A program made the translations under genes and the position numbers. A stretch of DNA of 63,163 nt, counting the filler, from Octopus bimaculoides (taxonomy: Eukaryota): assembly GCF_001194135.2 (NCBI RefSeq). It is 4 parts of 4 records of this genome, joined end to end, with 100 filler letters (N's around TTAATTAATTAA, not from the genome) between each part and the next. Parts side by side here need not be neighbours in the genome. Positions count along the whole stretch, not along the records: positions 1 to 22,654 come from NC_068982.1; 3 more parts are not named here. One strand, given 5' to 3'. A model generated the notes under the pieces. It saw nothing but the letters and a program-made list of their open reading frames with translations. It had not been told where the DNA came from and did no database searches. This document shows positions 1 through 13,879 of the stretch, in pieces (position 1 is the stretch's first letter; each line of letters begins with the position of its first letter).

Positions 1-349
1 GTGGTGGTGGTGGTGGTGGTGGTGGTGGTGGTGGAAGGTGACGGGAAGTTAAGTTGGTGACGGAGATGGTTAGGGGGTTTGTTGTATAATGGCGGCGAAG
101 TAGATGAGGATAGTTTTCGTTGAAGGTGATGGTGCTGGTGGTGATGGTACCGGGAAGTGAGTTAGCTGCGGATGGATGGTTGGAGAGTGCGACGGTGATG
201 TTGACTAGATGAAGCTGGTGGGGATGGTGACGGGAAGTTAGTTCTATGACGGTGAGGATGGCGTCGGGCTGGAGGCTGAGTGTGAAGCACAAGGTGTGGT
301 GTGTTGGACAAAGACTGCGATCGCTGATTTCTAATAGCACTGACGGTCC

Positions 350-399
<50 letters not shown>

Positions 400-499
400 T
401 TGGTGGTGGCGCTGCTGCTGCTGAAGCAAATGAATATGGCAGTGCTGGAGACGAGGCGGTTAGGGTGTTGCAGACACACATATTCGAATATATAGACAT

Positions 500-559
<60 letters not shown>

Positions 560-733
560 NNNNNNNNNNACACACACACACACACACACCCATATGATAG
601 CGTGTGTGTGTATTTGCCCATACATGTGCATGTGTGTGTGTGTTTATTTGCCATACACATACATGAGCATGTGTATAAATTTGTGTCTATGTATATACGT
701 ATACATATACATATGCCTACATATATATATCTA

Positions 734-800
<67 letters not shown>

Positions 801-963
801 ATAAATAATATATATATATATACATAATTATACATATATATGTATATATATATATATAAATGATGTACATATATGTATGTGTGAATATATATATATATAT
901 ACATGTGTGTATGCATATATATATATATATGTGTGTGTGTATGTGTGTATATATGTGTGTATG

Positions 964-1022
<59 letters not shown>

Positions 1023-2030
1023 CATACATACATACATGTACTTATATATATGTTAATACACGCACGCACGCACAAACACACACACACATATATATGTAAT
1101 ATATGTATGTATGCATATATATATATATGTGTATGTATATATATATATAAGGTACTTATGTATGTACATATTTCTATGTGTATGCATGTATGCCTGCTGA
1201 TTAAAGATGGCGGCTTCTCCGACGCTGCCGCCCCTCACCCCCATCACACCCCACGTCCTCCGCCACCTAGTTTTGTCTGTCTTTTTGTTTTTGTTGTTGT
1301 TGCTGCTTTTTTTTTTCCTTGTCTTCTTTTTACTTATTACATTTCCATACCAGCAGCTGTCGCTCTTCTACCACCACCACTACCTCCACCACCATCAACA
1401 CAACCACCACCACCTCCACCACCACCACCATAATCGCCGCCGTATTACCAACATTGCAATCTTCATTAGCACAGTTGGCTGCTACTACCGACATTAGCCA
1501 CCACCACCAACACCACCAACACCAGCACCACCACAACCTCCGCCATCACAGCCATGACGACCACCACCAACACTACCACTACCACCAACAACAACACTAC
1601 TAATTATAATACCATAAGGAACAAAAATAACAACACCGACAGCAGGAATATCGTCTGTAACAGTTTCAAACCACCGCCACAACTACAACATTGCTAACAC
1701 CACGGTTTTCACCACTACCAACACCACCACCAATACCATCACCACCACTAATACCAAAAGCACCACTACTACCGGCACCACTGACACTACCAGAAATTTC
1801 ACCATCACCTCTTTACCACCACCACCACCACCACCACCACCACTATCACACAACTACACTACCACCACACAACCACCATTACCACCACTACCACCACACA
1901 ACGACCACTACCACCACCACCACCACACCACACCACACCACTACCATCACTATCACCACCACCACGACTACCACCACCACCACCACAACTACCACAACTA
2001 CCACCACTACCACCACTTTCACTATAGATC
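1..2030. repeat. Compound microsatellite / low-complexity block: (GGT)n, (AGT)n, (CA)n, (TATC)n, (TA)n, degenerate (CAC/CAA)n
   Basis: Directly visible, e.g. (AGT)n ~350-398, (CA)n ~499-591, (TATC)n ~731-800, CAC-rich ~1370-2020. Confidence 0.97.
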
Positions 2031-2315
2031 TTACCTATATATGACTGCTCCATCCGCGACCATCACCTCCGTGTGAACATTCGATCTAGTTGCTATAGCG
2101 ACCGTCAAAGAAAACAGGAACGCATTGGTTAATGTAGGCTAAGATGACCGAAAATAAGACAGAATGGTCATAGATGGAACGGTAATTGAATATTAGTCAT
2201 GCTGAATCATGGAGATTGGGTTAAACAAGAAAAGAAATAGGAAATGTAATAAGAGAACCATCTATAAGGACAGCAACAGCAGCAACAACAACAACGGTAA
2301 CGACAACAAAAACAC

Positions 2316-3542
2316 TGCCTTGCCCCAGTTTAAGTATCACCAAAATGGAGCGCGTACTCTTCCGCTCCCTGTGGAAGGGACACGTTCCACTGGTCAGGCA
2401 CTCCATTTACTGTCAAGATCCGCTGAACGGAGGGCTGAGCATGCCGCGGTTTTTGATGCGCACATATGCACTGAGGCTGCTACATTTCCAGCGCTTCCTA
2501 AACGGTGAGCAACTGTGGCCGCCTTTTGTCAGACACGATTTCTCACAGCTCGTCTCTTTGTCGGAGCTGCATTCCTGGATCAAGCGTAGATCGAGCAGGG
2601 CGCCTGGCAGCTAAAGTGCCGTCAGGCACTCACAACCCTCGGTCACTCGGACAATGCGGTCACTGGAAGTTCTACTCAGGCTTTCTGTAGTGGCTTTCTG
2701 TAGTGGCAATTGCGGCGACGTTCTCAGGGAAACTCTGGGCGTCGTCGAAAATGTGCTGGGTGGTCTGTTCCAGAGGATTTTCGGACCGTGACCTATGGAT
2801 AATTTTCAGAAATCCCTGGCTTGACAGTGCTACCAGGGTGGAGGGCATTACCGGTTCAGGATAAACTCTGCAGGCATGGAAGTGCCGTCAGCCGGGTCTG
2901 CCCGATATGTGCACAGATCGACTAAACTGTTTTGCAGCTCTTGTCCAGTGCCCGAGCATTACTGACTTGTGGGTTTATGCCCAACACTTGCTGTCGCGTG
3001 TAGGACGAATCCGGCTATCGGCTAAATCCATTATGAAGATTGCCCCACCGCCTTCCTTTGGCTGGGATGGGCAGGTAGTGTTTCTTTGTATGGTAGCCTT
3101 AGCGAAAGAAGTTGTCTTGTGGACCAGGCTGAAAGGGCTGAAGAGACACTTTCCCCTTTGGCAAAACCCTCATCAACTTTTTCAAGTTCCACTTGAAAAG
3201 GAAAGTGAAGGCGGAGAGGGAAGTTCTGCATCCCAGCAATTTTGTCAAAAATGTGGCGCGAATGGCCCGAGTGCACGGGCCTATTCTAAGCATGCGACTC
3301 TCGATCAAAGGTTGGACGAAGAGGAGAGGGTACTTGCCCTAGCGATCAGGATGATTATGGTTATTTTTTTTGGGGGGGGGGGGGCACGAGCAGCCCTGGG
3401 AAGTCTTCGTCTTTTGCGGATTTAATTGTTATAACTTTTATTGTTTTTCTTTATTTGAACGTTCCAATCTCATTTGCACGTTCCAATGTCCTGTATCGTC
3501 TCGATTCTTTTATATGAACTCTCATTGGTTAATAAAGAAAAG
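2316..3542 (+). mobile_element. 5'-truncated Tx1/L1-clade LINE fossil (post-RT region, Cys/His finger, 3' UTR)
   Basis: PCP..ITKMERVLFRSLWKG...PLNGGLSMP resembles the L1/Tx1 GGLGxP motif. CPICAQID*T.../ALVQC is a broken CCHC-type finger. Stops and frameshifts present. AATAAA at 3531-3536. Homologous to 53846-55878. Confidence 0.85.
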
Positions 3543-4304
3543 ATTTATTATTTATTCGACTAAAATTCTTCAACGCAGTGCCCCAGCATGGCAACAATCA
3601 AATGACTGAATCAAGTAAGAGAACAATGGAATAAATGCTGCTCGCACTGGTTCTCCCATAAGTCAAGAAAATACGTGATATAGATAGTACGAACATAAAA
3701 AAAGTTAATATAGGTTTGAGAGGTATTTGAACTTGTAAAGACTTTCCACTGCAGTGAGTTGTGGAGGAAAATCAAATTACTACTGGCTCATTTATTCACA
3801 CATTTTTTCCAGCCTGGTAGCCAATGTGCACTAGCAGTCAATAATATAGATATCATTAATACGATAAAGGAAGCAAGACTTCTTAGGCAGCTCAGAGTTA
3901 CCTCTCTTAGTATCTGGTGCGAAAGCGAACTTACGAAATAAAAATGCATCCATCGGTCCAACAGAGAGCACTCTGTGGTCACTATAGTGTTTTACTACCT
4001 TCTTGAGAAAGATTGAGAGAGAAAGAGAGAGAGAGAGAGAGAGGAGAGAAAGAGGGAGAGAGAAACAAGTACAGAAACAGAATATATAAGTTTTCGTCAA
4101 CTAACATAATGTAAAAGGTATCAATATCGTGATCCACATATTTGTCTATTCTAGAAACAGTTGTGAGAGGCTCTATATGTTTATACTCTCTACCAAAATT
4201 AAATGTCTTTTCGTTTGCTTTGATTTTCTTTCATATATATATATATATATATATATGTGGATATGTTGGCGATTTTTTTCCTCTGTCATCCCTTTCTATT
4301 GGAC

Positions 4305-4343
<39 letters not shown>

Positions 4344-4467
4344 NNNNNNNNNNNNNNNNNNNNNNNNNNNNNNNNNNNNNNNNNNNNNNNNNNNNNNNNN
4401 NNNNNNNNNNNNNNNNNNNNNNNNATATATATATATATATATATATATACATGTGTGTGTGTGTGTG

Positions 4468-4640
4468 TGTATCTGCGTTTGTCCCGTCAACATCGCTTGA
4501 AAACCGATACTGGTGTGTTTACGTCCCCGTAAATTAACTGCTCGGCAAGAGAGACAGATCGAATACGTACTAGGCTTACAAAATATAAGTCTTGGGATCG
4601 ATTTGCTCGACTAAATGCAGTGCTCCAGTATGGCCGCAGT
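4468..4640 (+). mobile_element. SINE family B, 3' module
   Basis: catcgcttga..accgatactggtgtgtttacgtccccgt...gctccagtatggccgcagt; same module as at 20896-21082 and 38745-38920. Confidence 0.85.
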
Positions 4641-4749
4641 ATATATGTACTATGTATGCATGTGTGTGTGTGTGTGTACATCACAGTATCGCGATATCAA
4701 CCAGGTCATCGGATTCTGTTTACACCGATGGTTACAATACACCTTCAAT

Positions 4750-5688
4750 TATGTCTTGAATGTGCTATTCTTCTCCATCTTGACCCAAATTACTTGACTA
4801 AATCGTCTTCGCGTCGTTGTGGAGGTCTTCCAAGTGACCTTTTCCGATCTCTTGAATGCCACTCGGCAACTGTATGGGTCCACCTATTGTCTGTGAGCCT
4901 TGTGCTTCCGGTTCTCTGTGCTCACATCATTCACTTCGCTCTGTTCTCGAATTATCTCATTTCGAATGTTCTCTTTTAATGATATTCCTCGCACGGATCT
5001 TTTCCATGGCTCTTTGCATCGTCACCAATCGATGTCCTATAGTCTTCATTATAGCCTACGTCTCACTTGTGCAGGTAGGATGGTGCTATTGAAGAATCTG
5101 TCACGTATAGCATTTTCTAGCTTTGTTTGTAGCACACCCTTTATTGAGTTAAATGCCTTCCATTCTCTCTTTGAGATTTCAGCATCTATATCTCAGCACA
5201 TATTCCCCGTGTGCTCCTAGTAGATGTACTCCTTTTCCTCCTCAATTTCATCACTTCCCACCTATATTTGACTTTGTGCTACGTCATCCAACCGCATACA
5301 CTTTGTTTTAAGGTGGTTTATTTTAAGATTTACTGCTAAGATCTGAGTGTTCAACTTTGTCACCATGGTCTGCAGCTGATCTGTGATTTGAGCGATGAGT
5401 ACAATGTCATCTGCGAATCGGAGGTTTGTTAAATTCTTCGCTATTGATCTTCACTCCACCTGTCCAATCAATGTCCTTAATGACTATTTCTAGACATGCA
5501 GTAAAGAGCTTTGGAGTGATAGTGTCTCCTTGCTTGACACTCTTCTCAATTAGGACCCTTAATGATGGTGATAAAAGTCTGCTTGTACATCCAGAGTTCG
5601 CATCTCAGCTGCTTGTTGTATTGCTCCTCAGCACCTTGCTTTTCCAGAGATTTCAACACTGCGTTCATCTCGGTACAATCAAAGGCCA
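4750..5688 (-). mobile_element. RTE-clade LINE fossil (RT and C-terminus)
   Basis: Minus strand gives AFDCTEMNAVLKSLEKQG, VKQGDTITPKLFTACLE, RFADDIVL and DNRWTHTVAEWHSRDRKRSLGRPPQRREDDLVK, which are RTE-type motifs. Multiple stops and frameshifts. Confidence 0.85.
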
Positions 5689-5758
5689 GTAGTAGTAGTA
5701 GTAGAAGAAGAAGAAGAAGAAGAAGAAGAAGAAGAAAGACGCGATAGTTTATATAAAT

Positions 5759-5831
<73 letters not shown>

Positions 5832-6981
5832 GAGAGAGAGGAAGACACACAGAGATAATTAGGTCGGTGGTTGGTTCGGTAAGGAGTGGTGTATGTTGAG
5901 AAGGATCTAGAAACGTAGATTTGCGAAGAAGATGACGGGAGGTGGGTGGGGTGGTCGGGGAATGTGTGGCCCCGAATGATGGGTGATGAGTTCGTTGTTA
6001 GGGTGTCTGATTAGTATGCATGTATAAATTTGCGTATGTGTGCATGCATATTTGTGAATGTGTGTGCCCGTGTTTGTGCGTGTAAATTCATATGGGAAGT
6101 CATCATTATTGAATTAAGAAGAGTGGGTCGGTTTAGTTATGATGGTGTTGGTGGGTGAAGATATGTGTAAAATGGGACGTTGATGAAGGGAATATAAGAA
6201 TAGAGCGTTGAGGAGTGGAGGTAGGTAGGAACAAGGGAGGGCACATGAGGTGATGGATTTTCACTAGAAAGGTTGCAACGTTACCAGTATAAAACTGATA
6301 AGGGATGCCAAACAAATACATACACACGAACACACTTTGAACACGCAAATAAACAGAGACGCGCGCGCGTAAAGTCAAAGGGAAGGCCTTTTGTAGCTGA
6401 TCAGCTTGCTAGATATGGCAGCCAAAATACTTTTCAGTTACACTCTACTTCTTAATAAAAGGAAAATATTTTGGCGGGATGGAAGCTGAAACGCCGCGAT
6501 TGAAAAACTGAATCGTTGTGACTGGTATGCTCAAACAGGACTGTTTCTGTATGTTTATGGATACACATGCATATATACATACGCACTTATTTGCGTATAT
6601 ATAGTACACATATACATACACGTACGCGCACACACACACACATATATACATACATATATGCTTATACATATATCAATATGAATAATTTAATATACGATAA
6701 AATTCTTTATAAGAATTTATCAAGTAGTCAGCGTGAAAAAACCTCATAATGAAAAAGTAACGAAAAATTTCGTAATGAAAAGATTCATCGTTTCTCCATA
6801 GATATATTTAAATATATATAAAAGGCATTAACTGTGTATTAATACCTCACGCTATCGAGGGACTGAATAAGTAAAAAAACTACCAAAAATAAGTAACATA
6901 TTTACCGAATATGAATATGAATATATGAATATATATACATAAGTGTATATTTGAGTGTGTATGTATGTGTATATACATTAT

Positions 6982-7050
<69 letters not shown>

Positions 7051-8032
7051 TGTGAGATTGAGCCATGATAATTTTTTGTTCTATCCCAATATTTAGATCC
7101 ACTAGAACTATCTTTCCATTGAATTTTCCATTGCTTTTCTGAAAGGTTTCATCGTAGCAAGAAAATGGCAGTGTTTAAGAGGTTTTATAAAGCATAAGAA
7201 CTTATTTAAATATCCTTATATTTATAGATTTTCTGCGAGTCGATCCAAGTATGTTTGGTTACTAAAGAATGCAACTGTATTGCTGGACTCATAATTTGTT
7301 CCTCAATATGAGCACGTTTTACATCTTAGTTCTTTGAGACCCACATTGTGCATTAATGAGAAATGCTACATTCATTTTTATGAATGTATCTACTTTATAT
7401 CACTGGTGAATTTAATCCGCACTAAAAATCTAAATTACTGGATTCTTGCAAGCACGCATCGAAGTTCTTTGCTGTGTAATCTCTGACCACCTAATGGATA
7501 AAGTACTCTAAACTATTTTGTTGTATTGCTATTTGCTATTTTTTGAACATTTCGAATTGGTATTTCTAAACATTAGTATCTTTAAATGCCTAAAATCCAT
7601 AAACTTTTAATGCTTGTTATATACGTGGTTGCTATTCTTTTCACTCATTCTCATCATATTAACTTAAAATTTTAATGTAGTACTTTTCGAATTTAAATTT
7701 CCGGACTTCAGTTGCTTCCATTGCATTGCCTCGATTACCGACAAAAAACTCTTTAATTATTTTTCTACGTATCTTTTTTTAAAATTCATTTAAATAAATG
7801 AATAATTATATTTTGGAAAATAGAATTTTTAATATTTTTATGCAAGCATCGACCGCACCGTCTATAATTAGCTTTGTATTTTCACTGTTGTATACATCCA
7901 TTTCTCGCATGTCATATATTTGTTTAAATACAACAGTAAGTATATATACATGGTTAAATGTTATATACTTGGTTAAATACAATAGTATCAATATCTGTGC
8001 ATACGTGTGTGTATTATTATACATACGTGCAA

Positions 8033-8170
8033 GGCGGTGAGCTGGCAGAATCGTTAGAACGTCGGGTAAAATACTTTGCGTTTGAGTTCAAATACCACCG
8101 AGGTCCACATTGCGTGAACGCGCAGCCATTCAGTGTTTTACAGTTCACTAATGAGGTTTCACTAGAACCG
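8033..8170 (+). mobile_element. SINE family A (tRNA-like head), partial
   Basis: ggcggtgagctggcagaatcgttag (A-box-like) ... gagttcaaataccaccgaggt (B-box-like). Confidence 0.75.
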
Positions 8171-8406
8171 AAACAGTCTCTATAGATAGAGGTTACTAAT
8201 GATCCGGCATTTTCTGCCTTCTAGCGTATAGCCATTAAAAATCATTTTTGCTTGATTGAAAACCTAAGAAGTTCTCTCCCTTTCTCACTTCTGAAAATAA
8301 ATTTTCATTTAAATTAATTACCATATAGTTTTCTCATTAGGGTCTGTTATCTTAATTAATTACAAATTACTTTCAGCTCGTCACCCCATGCAATTACTTA
8401 TATATG

Positions 8407-8448
<42 letters not shown>

Positions 8449-8532
8449 CACACACATACACGCAAACACACACGCACACACACGCAGACACAAACGTACA
8501 TACATATGCATATATATGTATACACGCACACA

Positions 8533-8595
<63 letters not shown>

Positions 8596-8620
8596 GTATG
8601 TATGTACGCATGTATGTATG

Positions 8621-8657
<37 letters not shown>

Positions 8658-9483
8658 CTGTGTGTGTGTGTGTGTGTGTTTCTGTGTGTGTGTGCGTGCG
8701 AGCGTATGTGTAATGGGTGATAAATGCTAGTACAAGGATGGAATAATGTCCCCAAGTAGAGTTGCGAGAGATCAGTGTTTTAAACTCCATCTTCATCAAT
8801 ATAAAGTAGTCCAAATGTAGAAAAGTTAGAAGAACGATCGAAATCGAGAGTATATGGTAATAGAATGGCAGACAAACAATAAACAAGAGCACAGATTGTA
8901 TTTATATGAAAATTTGCGGATACAATTTACATGATGTAATGATTTCAGTTCCTGACAGCTGTTTCAAATATTGATGACTGCTTGATACAATAATACATAT
9001 TATGCAAGCTGGTGCAACATTGAGGCAATATTGTAGATATATATAAAAGTAAAGTATCAACAAACACAGATTTTGCTAACTCTGTTCAGGAGATAGACGG
9101 CTTTCTCTTCAGATGAAAGGCGTACCTATATGCGTGTCTGGTGGATATAGAAGTATATATAACATACGTGGCGAACGAAAATCGGTGGATAAATTATGTT
9201 AAATAACTGATTGGAAGATGGGTTTTTTTTTTATACAATTTCACCACAAACAATGCTTGAGGCCATTGCATTGTAATAAAGGACTATAAAGAAGGAAAAG
9301 TGGAGGCATACAAATTCGAAAGTTGTCGATCCAAAGAAAGATTATAGGAGTGTATATTATAGAGCAGAGAGAAAAAAAAGACGATTGTAATGAGTTCGAG
9401 AAAGTTGGATAAATGTGGATTTACATTGAGTTCTAAGTGAAGATTAACAGTTTGTGATTGCATGTGTGCGTGAGCGTGTATTC

Positions 9484-9516
<33 letters not shown>

Positions 9517-9524
9517 AGCGCGTA

Positions 9525-9562
<38 letters not shown>

Positions 9563-9617
9563 CGTGCGCGCGCGTATGTGTCCGTGTGTGTGTATAGAAT
9601 GATTGAAATATGAAGCT

Positions 9618-9880
9618 TTAAATGTCTTTTCCAGGTGGTGCTTTTAAATTAGCTGAAAGCAGTTTTGGCACAAATTTGGCAGACACACGTCTCATACCCA
9701 AATCTTCAGTGATAAAGGACTGAACTGAACCGTTACTAAGCTGCACATTCTCTGATAACTCATAGATGGCGATTCGACGATTTCCTTTCAGAGCTGCACT
9801 TACATCTGTGATGTTGTTCCCAGTTCTGCTGGATGCAATTCTGCTGGTTGCAGTTCTGCTGGTTGCAGTTCTGCTGTTTC
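9618..9880 (-). mobile_element. mariner transposase fragment (second HTH / linker region)
   Basis: NITDVSAALKGNRRIAIYELSENVQLSNGSVQSFITEDLGMRRVSAKFVPKLLS resembles the mariner region ending in the WVPREL-equivalent motif FVPKLL. Confidence 0.85.
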
Positions 9881-9929
9881 TGTGTATGTCTGTACATTTT
9901 ATCCGGACAGTTGTCACAGTAACGAAACT

Positions 9930-10170
9930 AAAGCACGCTGAGTAAAGCCTCTCGGCACAGATTGACTTTGAAATCTGCTGTGTATGTGCACTGTTTTAAT
10001 GCTCTAGCTCACTTCCGCTGTGTACAGTAGTGCTTGGAAGGAAGGTGTGTAGCGTGTGATCATCACATTGAACATGACAGAAATAGTTGAGCTGAGAATT
10101 TGCTTTAAATTTTGCCAAAAGCTTGGCGATACCTCCTCAGAGGTCTACGCAAAGTTTTCAAAAACTTTTC
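9930..10170 (+). mobile_element. mariner 5' UTR and transposase N-terminus fragment
   Basis: ATG at 10074 gives MTEIVELRICFKFCQKLGDTSSEVYAKF, matching the mariner N-terminal pattern EQR..IKFC.KLG....E. Confidence 0.7.
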
Positions 10171-11029
10171 ATCGTTCTCGACAAAATCAAAGTTCAGGTT
10201 TATAGATGTAATTATTGGGGCCCTGGGATATGTGCCACACTGCTTAAACCCCAATCTGAGAAATTAGGCTTCTCGAAACCAGAGAGGAGAAAGCTGATTC
10301 AAAGACTACAGATCCAATCCATCACTGGAACTGTAAAAATCTGTAAAACTTTCCGGAAGTTTATCATCTAAATATATATGAGTATGTCTAGATATGCAAC
10401 AATATGCATGAGAATACGTATGTAAAACGAAACTTACAAATCTGCACGTATATATACATACATACATACATATATACATACATACATACATACAAAAATA
10501 CCCTGTTGCCGATAGTGAAATTCTAATGAAGGAGCCTTGGATTTAAGTTAGAAACTGTCTCCTCTGTTAGCAAGAAAGCTTGAAATAAAACTGAATAATG
10601 AAATTGTAAATAGAGCGAGATCAATAAGAGAAAATGGACTGAATGACATTTTTTAAATTTCATATAATTATTTCCACACATCTACACTAAACCCAATAAC
10701 AAAATGAAAATTTAGTTTAGTCTTGTTTTCAAATTGCTGAAACTAGCACACTGTACAGAGTGAAATGGAAATTCTGATCTAACGAAGGACTTATTTAAAA
10801 TAATCACCCGAAGAAGCACATTTTAGACCATTGGAAACGCAAGAAAAAAATCAAGGAAAATCAGACATCCCTTCCGTCCCGCCCTTCTCGCTCCTAAGCT
10901 GAACCCCCTCCTTTCATCAATTTGTACATCAGCAACTCCCATACTACCCACAGCACTAGACACCTCCTCCATCCGGAGCTTCCCCACCCCTTCCCACTGT
11001 ATATCCACCCCTACTTCTCTCTCGTCACT

Positions 11030-12530
11030 TCACTTCAATTCTAGTGTTTGTTCGTGTTTAAGAGTAATGGGGGTGTGGTGATGATGGCGGCGATTGTGCT
11101 GCTCGTCGTGGTGATGGTATTTCGTGATGGCGATGATTGTGGTCGTGGTGACTGTGGTTGTTCTGGTGATGGTAGTGGTGGTGGTGGGATTTGGTAGCTG
11201 TGGATTGATATTCGTGGTAAAGATTTTTTGTGGTGGTAGTGATGGTGGTGATAGTGGTGGTAGTAGTTGTATCGGTGTCAGCCTTGACAGAGGGGCGATA
11301 GTGGCGGTGGTGGACATGGTAACAGTGTTGTAGAGTGTAATGATGGTGGTGGTGATGGTGGAGATGGTAACGGAATGGGAGTGACGTGATGGTGTTTCGA
11401 TGTTCCTTGTAGAAATCCCAAGTCAGTTTTGATCGTGAAAGCCGAAGGTCAAAAGCTTTCCAACCGTAACCATACTGTCGTGTTTGATAAGGGTTATCTT
11501 AGAGAAGATTATCTCAGGTGTCCACTGAGATTTTATTTCAGGAAGGAATTTAGCTGCTATTTCTAGTAGCTTGAGCGACAACTTTGAAGCACAGCGATGT
11601 TACTGCTGGTAGTGAAGTTATTTGTTTTCTTTTACGAGATTCAAGGAGTGGGGAGAGTGCCGTAGTAGTGATGGTGGTGATGGTCAATGATGGTGGTAGT
11701 AGTAGTAGTAGTGGTGGTGGTCGTGGTGGTAGTGGTGATTGCTATGGTAGGGGTAGCGTCGGGTGGAGTACAGAAAAGATGTAGAGGCAATAGTGGGCAA
11801 TAGTGGTGATAGATATGATAGTAGTGGTAGTGGTTAGAGGTGGGGGAGTAGTAATGATTGTGGCGGTGGTTGTGGTGGTGGTGGTGGTGGGAGTGTTAGA
11901 TGTGTAGGTGGTTATAGGAGTAGGGGTGATTATGACTTTGGAGGAGGGAACTGTAGTCTATCATAGTAGTGGTGGCGGTGGTGGGAGTAATGACAGGTAT
12001 TATGGTAGTGGTGGTGGTAGTGGTGATTATCGTTGAAGTTATGTCCATGTTGATAATGGCGATGTGAGTGAAGGTGGTGGTGGTGACGGTGCGGGTGGAG
12101 GTGGTGATGGTGGCGGGTGTGCAAAAGTGAATTAATGGAGGATGGCGGAGAGAAAGCCGGCAGACACACAGACAGACAGACACATCGAGTGAGACAGATA
12201 TTGAGAGGTGAAAGAGAAGAGAAAAACAGAGAAAGTGTAAGAGAATGAAAGACGGAAAAGAAACCGGTAACACGCAAAGAGAAGAGCGGGGAATCATAGA
12301 GACGATGAAATGTGAAAAGGGGAAAGATTGAGAGTAAAAGAGAAATAAGGAGAGAGGGAATGTGAATGAAAAGAAGCAAGCGTATACAGAAAGAGACAGA
12401 TAGAAGGAGGTTGAAGAGGGGGGAAAAGGTGAATGACAAAAGCGTGATAGTGTTTGTGAGAGAGAGAGTCGAAAGAAATGGTAGAGAAAAGGGAGGAGCA
12501 GGAGACGAAGACACTCCCCTCCTCCTGCTT
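11030..12530. repeat. Degenerate (GGT/GAT)n tract followed by purine-rich (GA) low-complexity sequence
   Basis: Directly visible; a more complex, decayed repeat-like segment interrupts it at ~11400-11640. Confidence 0.9.
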
Positions 12531-12599
12531 CTGTTTCAGACAAGATGTATAAATAAATAAAGACTTGGACTGACAAAGGTTGGTCGGAGGATGGGTGTA

Positions 12600-12633
<34 letters not shown>

Positions 12634-12638
12634 ATAGT

Positions 12639-12669
<31 letters not shown>

Positions 12670-12800
12670 ATGCGTGTGTGGGTGCGCGCGCGCGCGTGTA
12701 TGTGTGTGTGTGTGTGAGGTGTGGTAGCTGCTATGTACATATTTGTTGTTCGCTGTAGATATATGTCTAAATTTCTCTCTGAGCGCTATGCATTAACAGA

Positions 12801-12845
<45 letters not shown>

Positions 12846-13040
12846 GCATATGCATATGTATGTTTGTATGTATGAATGTATGCATGTATGTACGTCTCTA
12901 AATGCATATGTGTTGAAGTATGCGTGTGCGATTGTGTACTTTATGTATGTGTTGCGTGTCCCTCTGTATGGGTATCTTGCTCGCGTATGCGTTTAAAAAT
13001 TGATTATTTTGTTTGCTGGCTTCGCGTATACATTTGTTTA

Positions 13041-13076
<36 letters not shown>

Positions 13077-13879
13077 GAATAATATATATATATATANNNN
13101 NNNNNNNNNNNNNNNNNNNNNNNNNNNNNNNNNNNNNNNNNNNNNNNNNNNNNNNNNNNNNNNNNNNNNNNNNNNNNNNNNNNNNNNNNNNNNNNNNNNN
13201 NNNNNNNNNNNNNNNNNNNNNNNNNNNNNNNNNNNNNNNNNNNNNNNNNNNNNNNNNNNNNNNNNNNNNNNNNNNNNNATAAATATATATATACATAATT
13301 ACACATATTTGTATATATATATATATATATTTGTGCGTGTCTATATGTCTACGTGAATGAATTTTTTATTGAATATTTTTTAAGTCTACGTGCACATTTT
13401 TATGCACACACACACACACATGCATACACACACTCACATACATAATTAGCAAAATAACTCGAACACTAAAAGTATTGTATGTTGCAGCAACATTGTTTTT
13501 TTAGACAGTATTTTTTTTTGTTTTGTGTGTGTGTGTGGGGGGGGGTGAAAATGTGTAAGTGCATGTGAATATGTATGAGTGTATGCTGTATGTCTGAGTT
13601 TGTGTGCATGTAATAATTAAGATAACAGTAAGCGGGATTAATTATTTCCTGCATTACGTACATTTCAATGCTACTGTTTTGTGACCATCATCTCTTCAGA
13701 ATACAAATTATAATATGAATATGTCTACTTCTATGTGTGTTTGTGTGTGTGTGTGTGTATGAAAGAAATAAAGAAAGAAAGAAGGAAAGAGAGAAAGAAA
13801 GTGGTGCGTGTACATACAGGGATTGGACAAAATAAAGGAAACATATTTCAAACAAATTTATTTTAATATGAGGTAGGAC

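Noticed and set aside
162-2053. Many ORF-track ORFs rich in HT/VC/YI/poly-S/H/T/X, here and across the window
   Set aside because: Translations of microsatellites or N gaps; no splice or homology support.
3816-3900. ttttttccag followed by PGSQCALAVNNIDIINTIKEAR as a possible exon
   Set aside because: No clear donor, no convincing homology, wrong strand for SelJ.
5670-5690. Both the RTE and the second Tx1 fossil appear to begin at the (A)FD motif of RT
   Set aside because: n=2, and probably recognition bias, since homology is easiest to see at conserved motifs.
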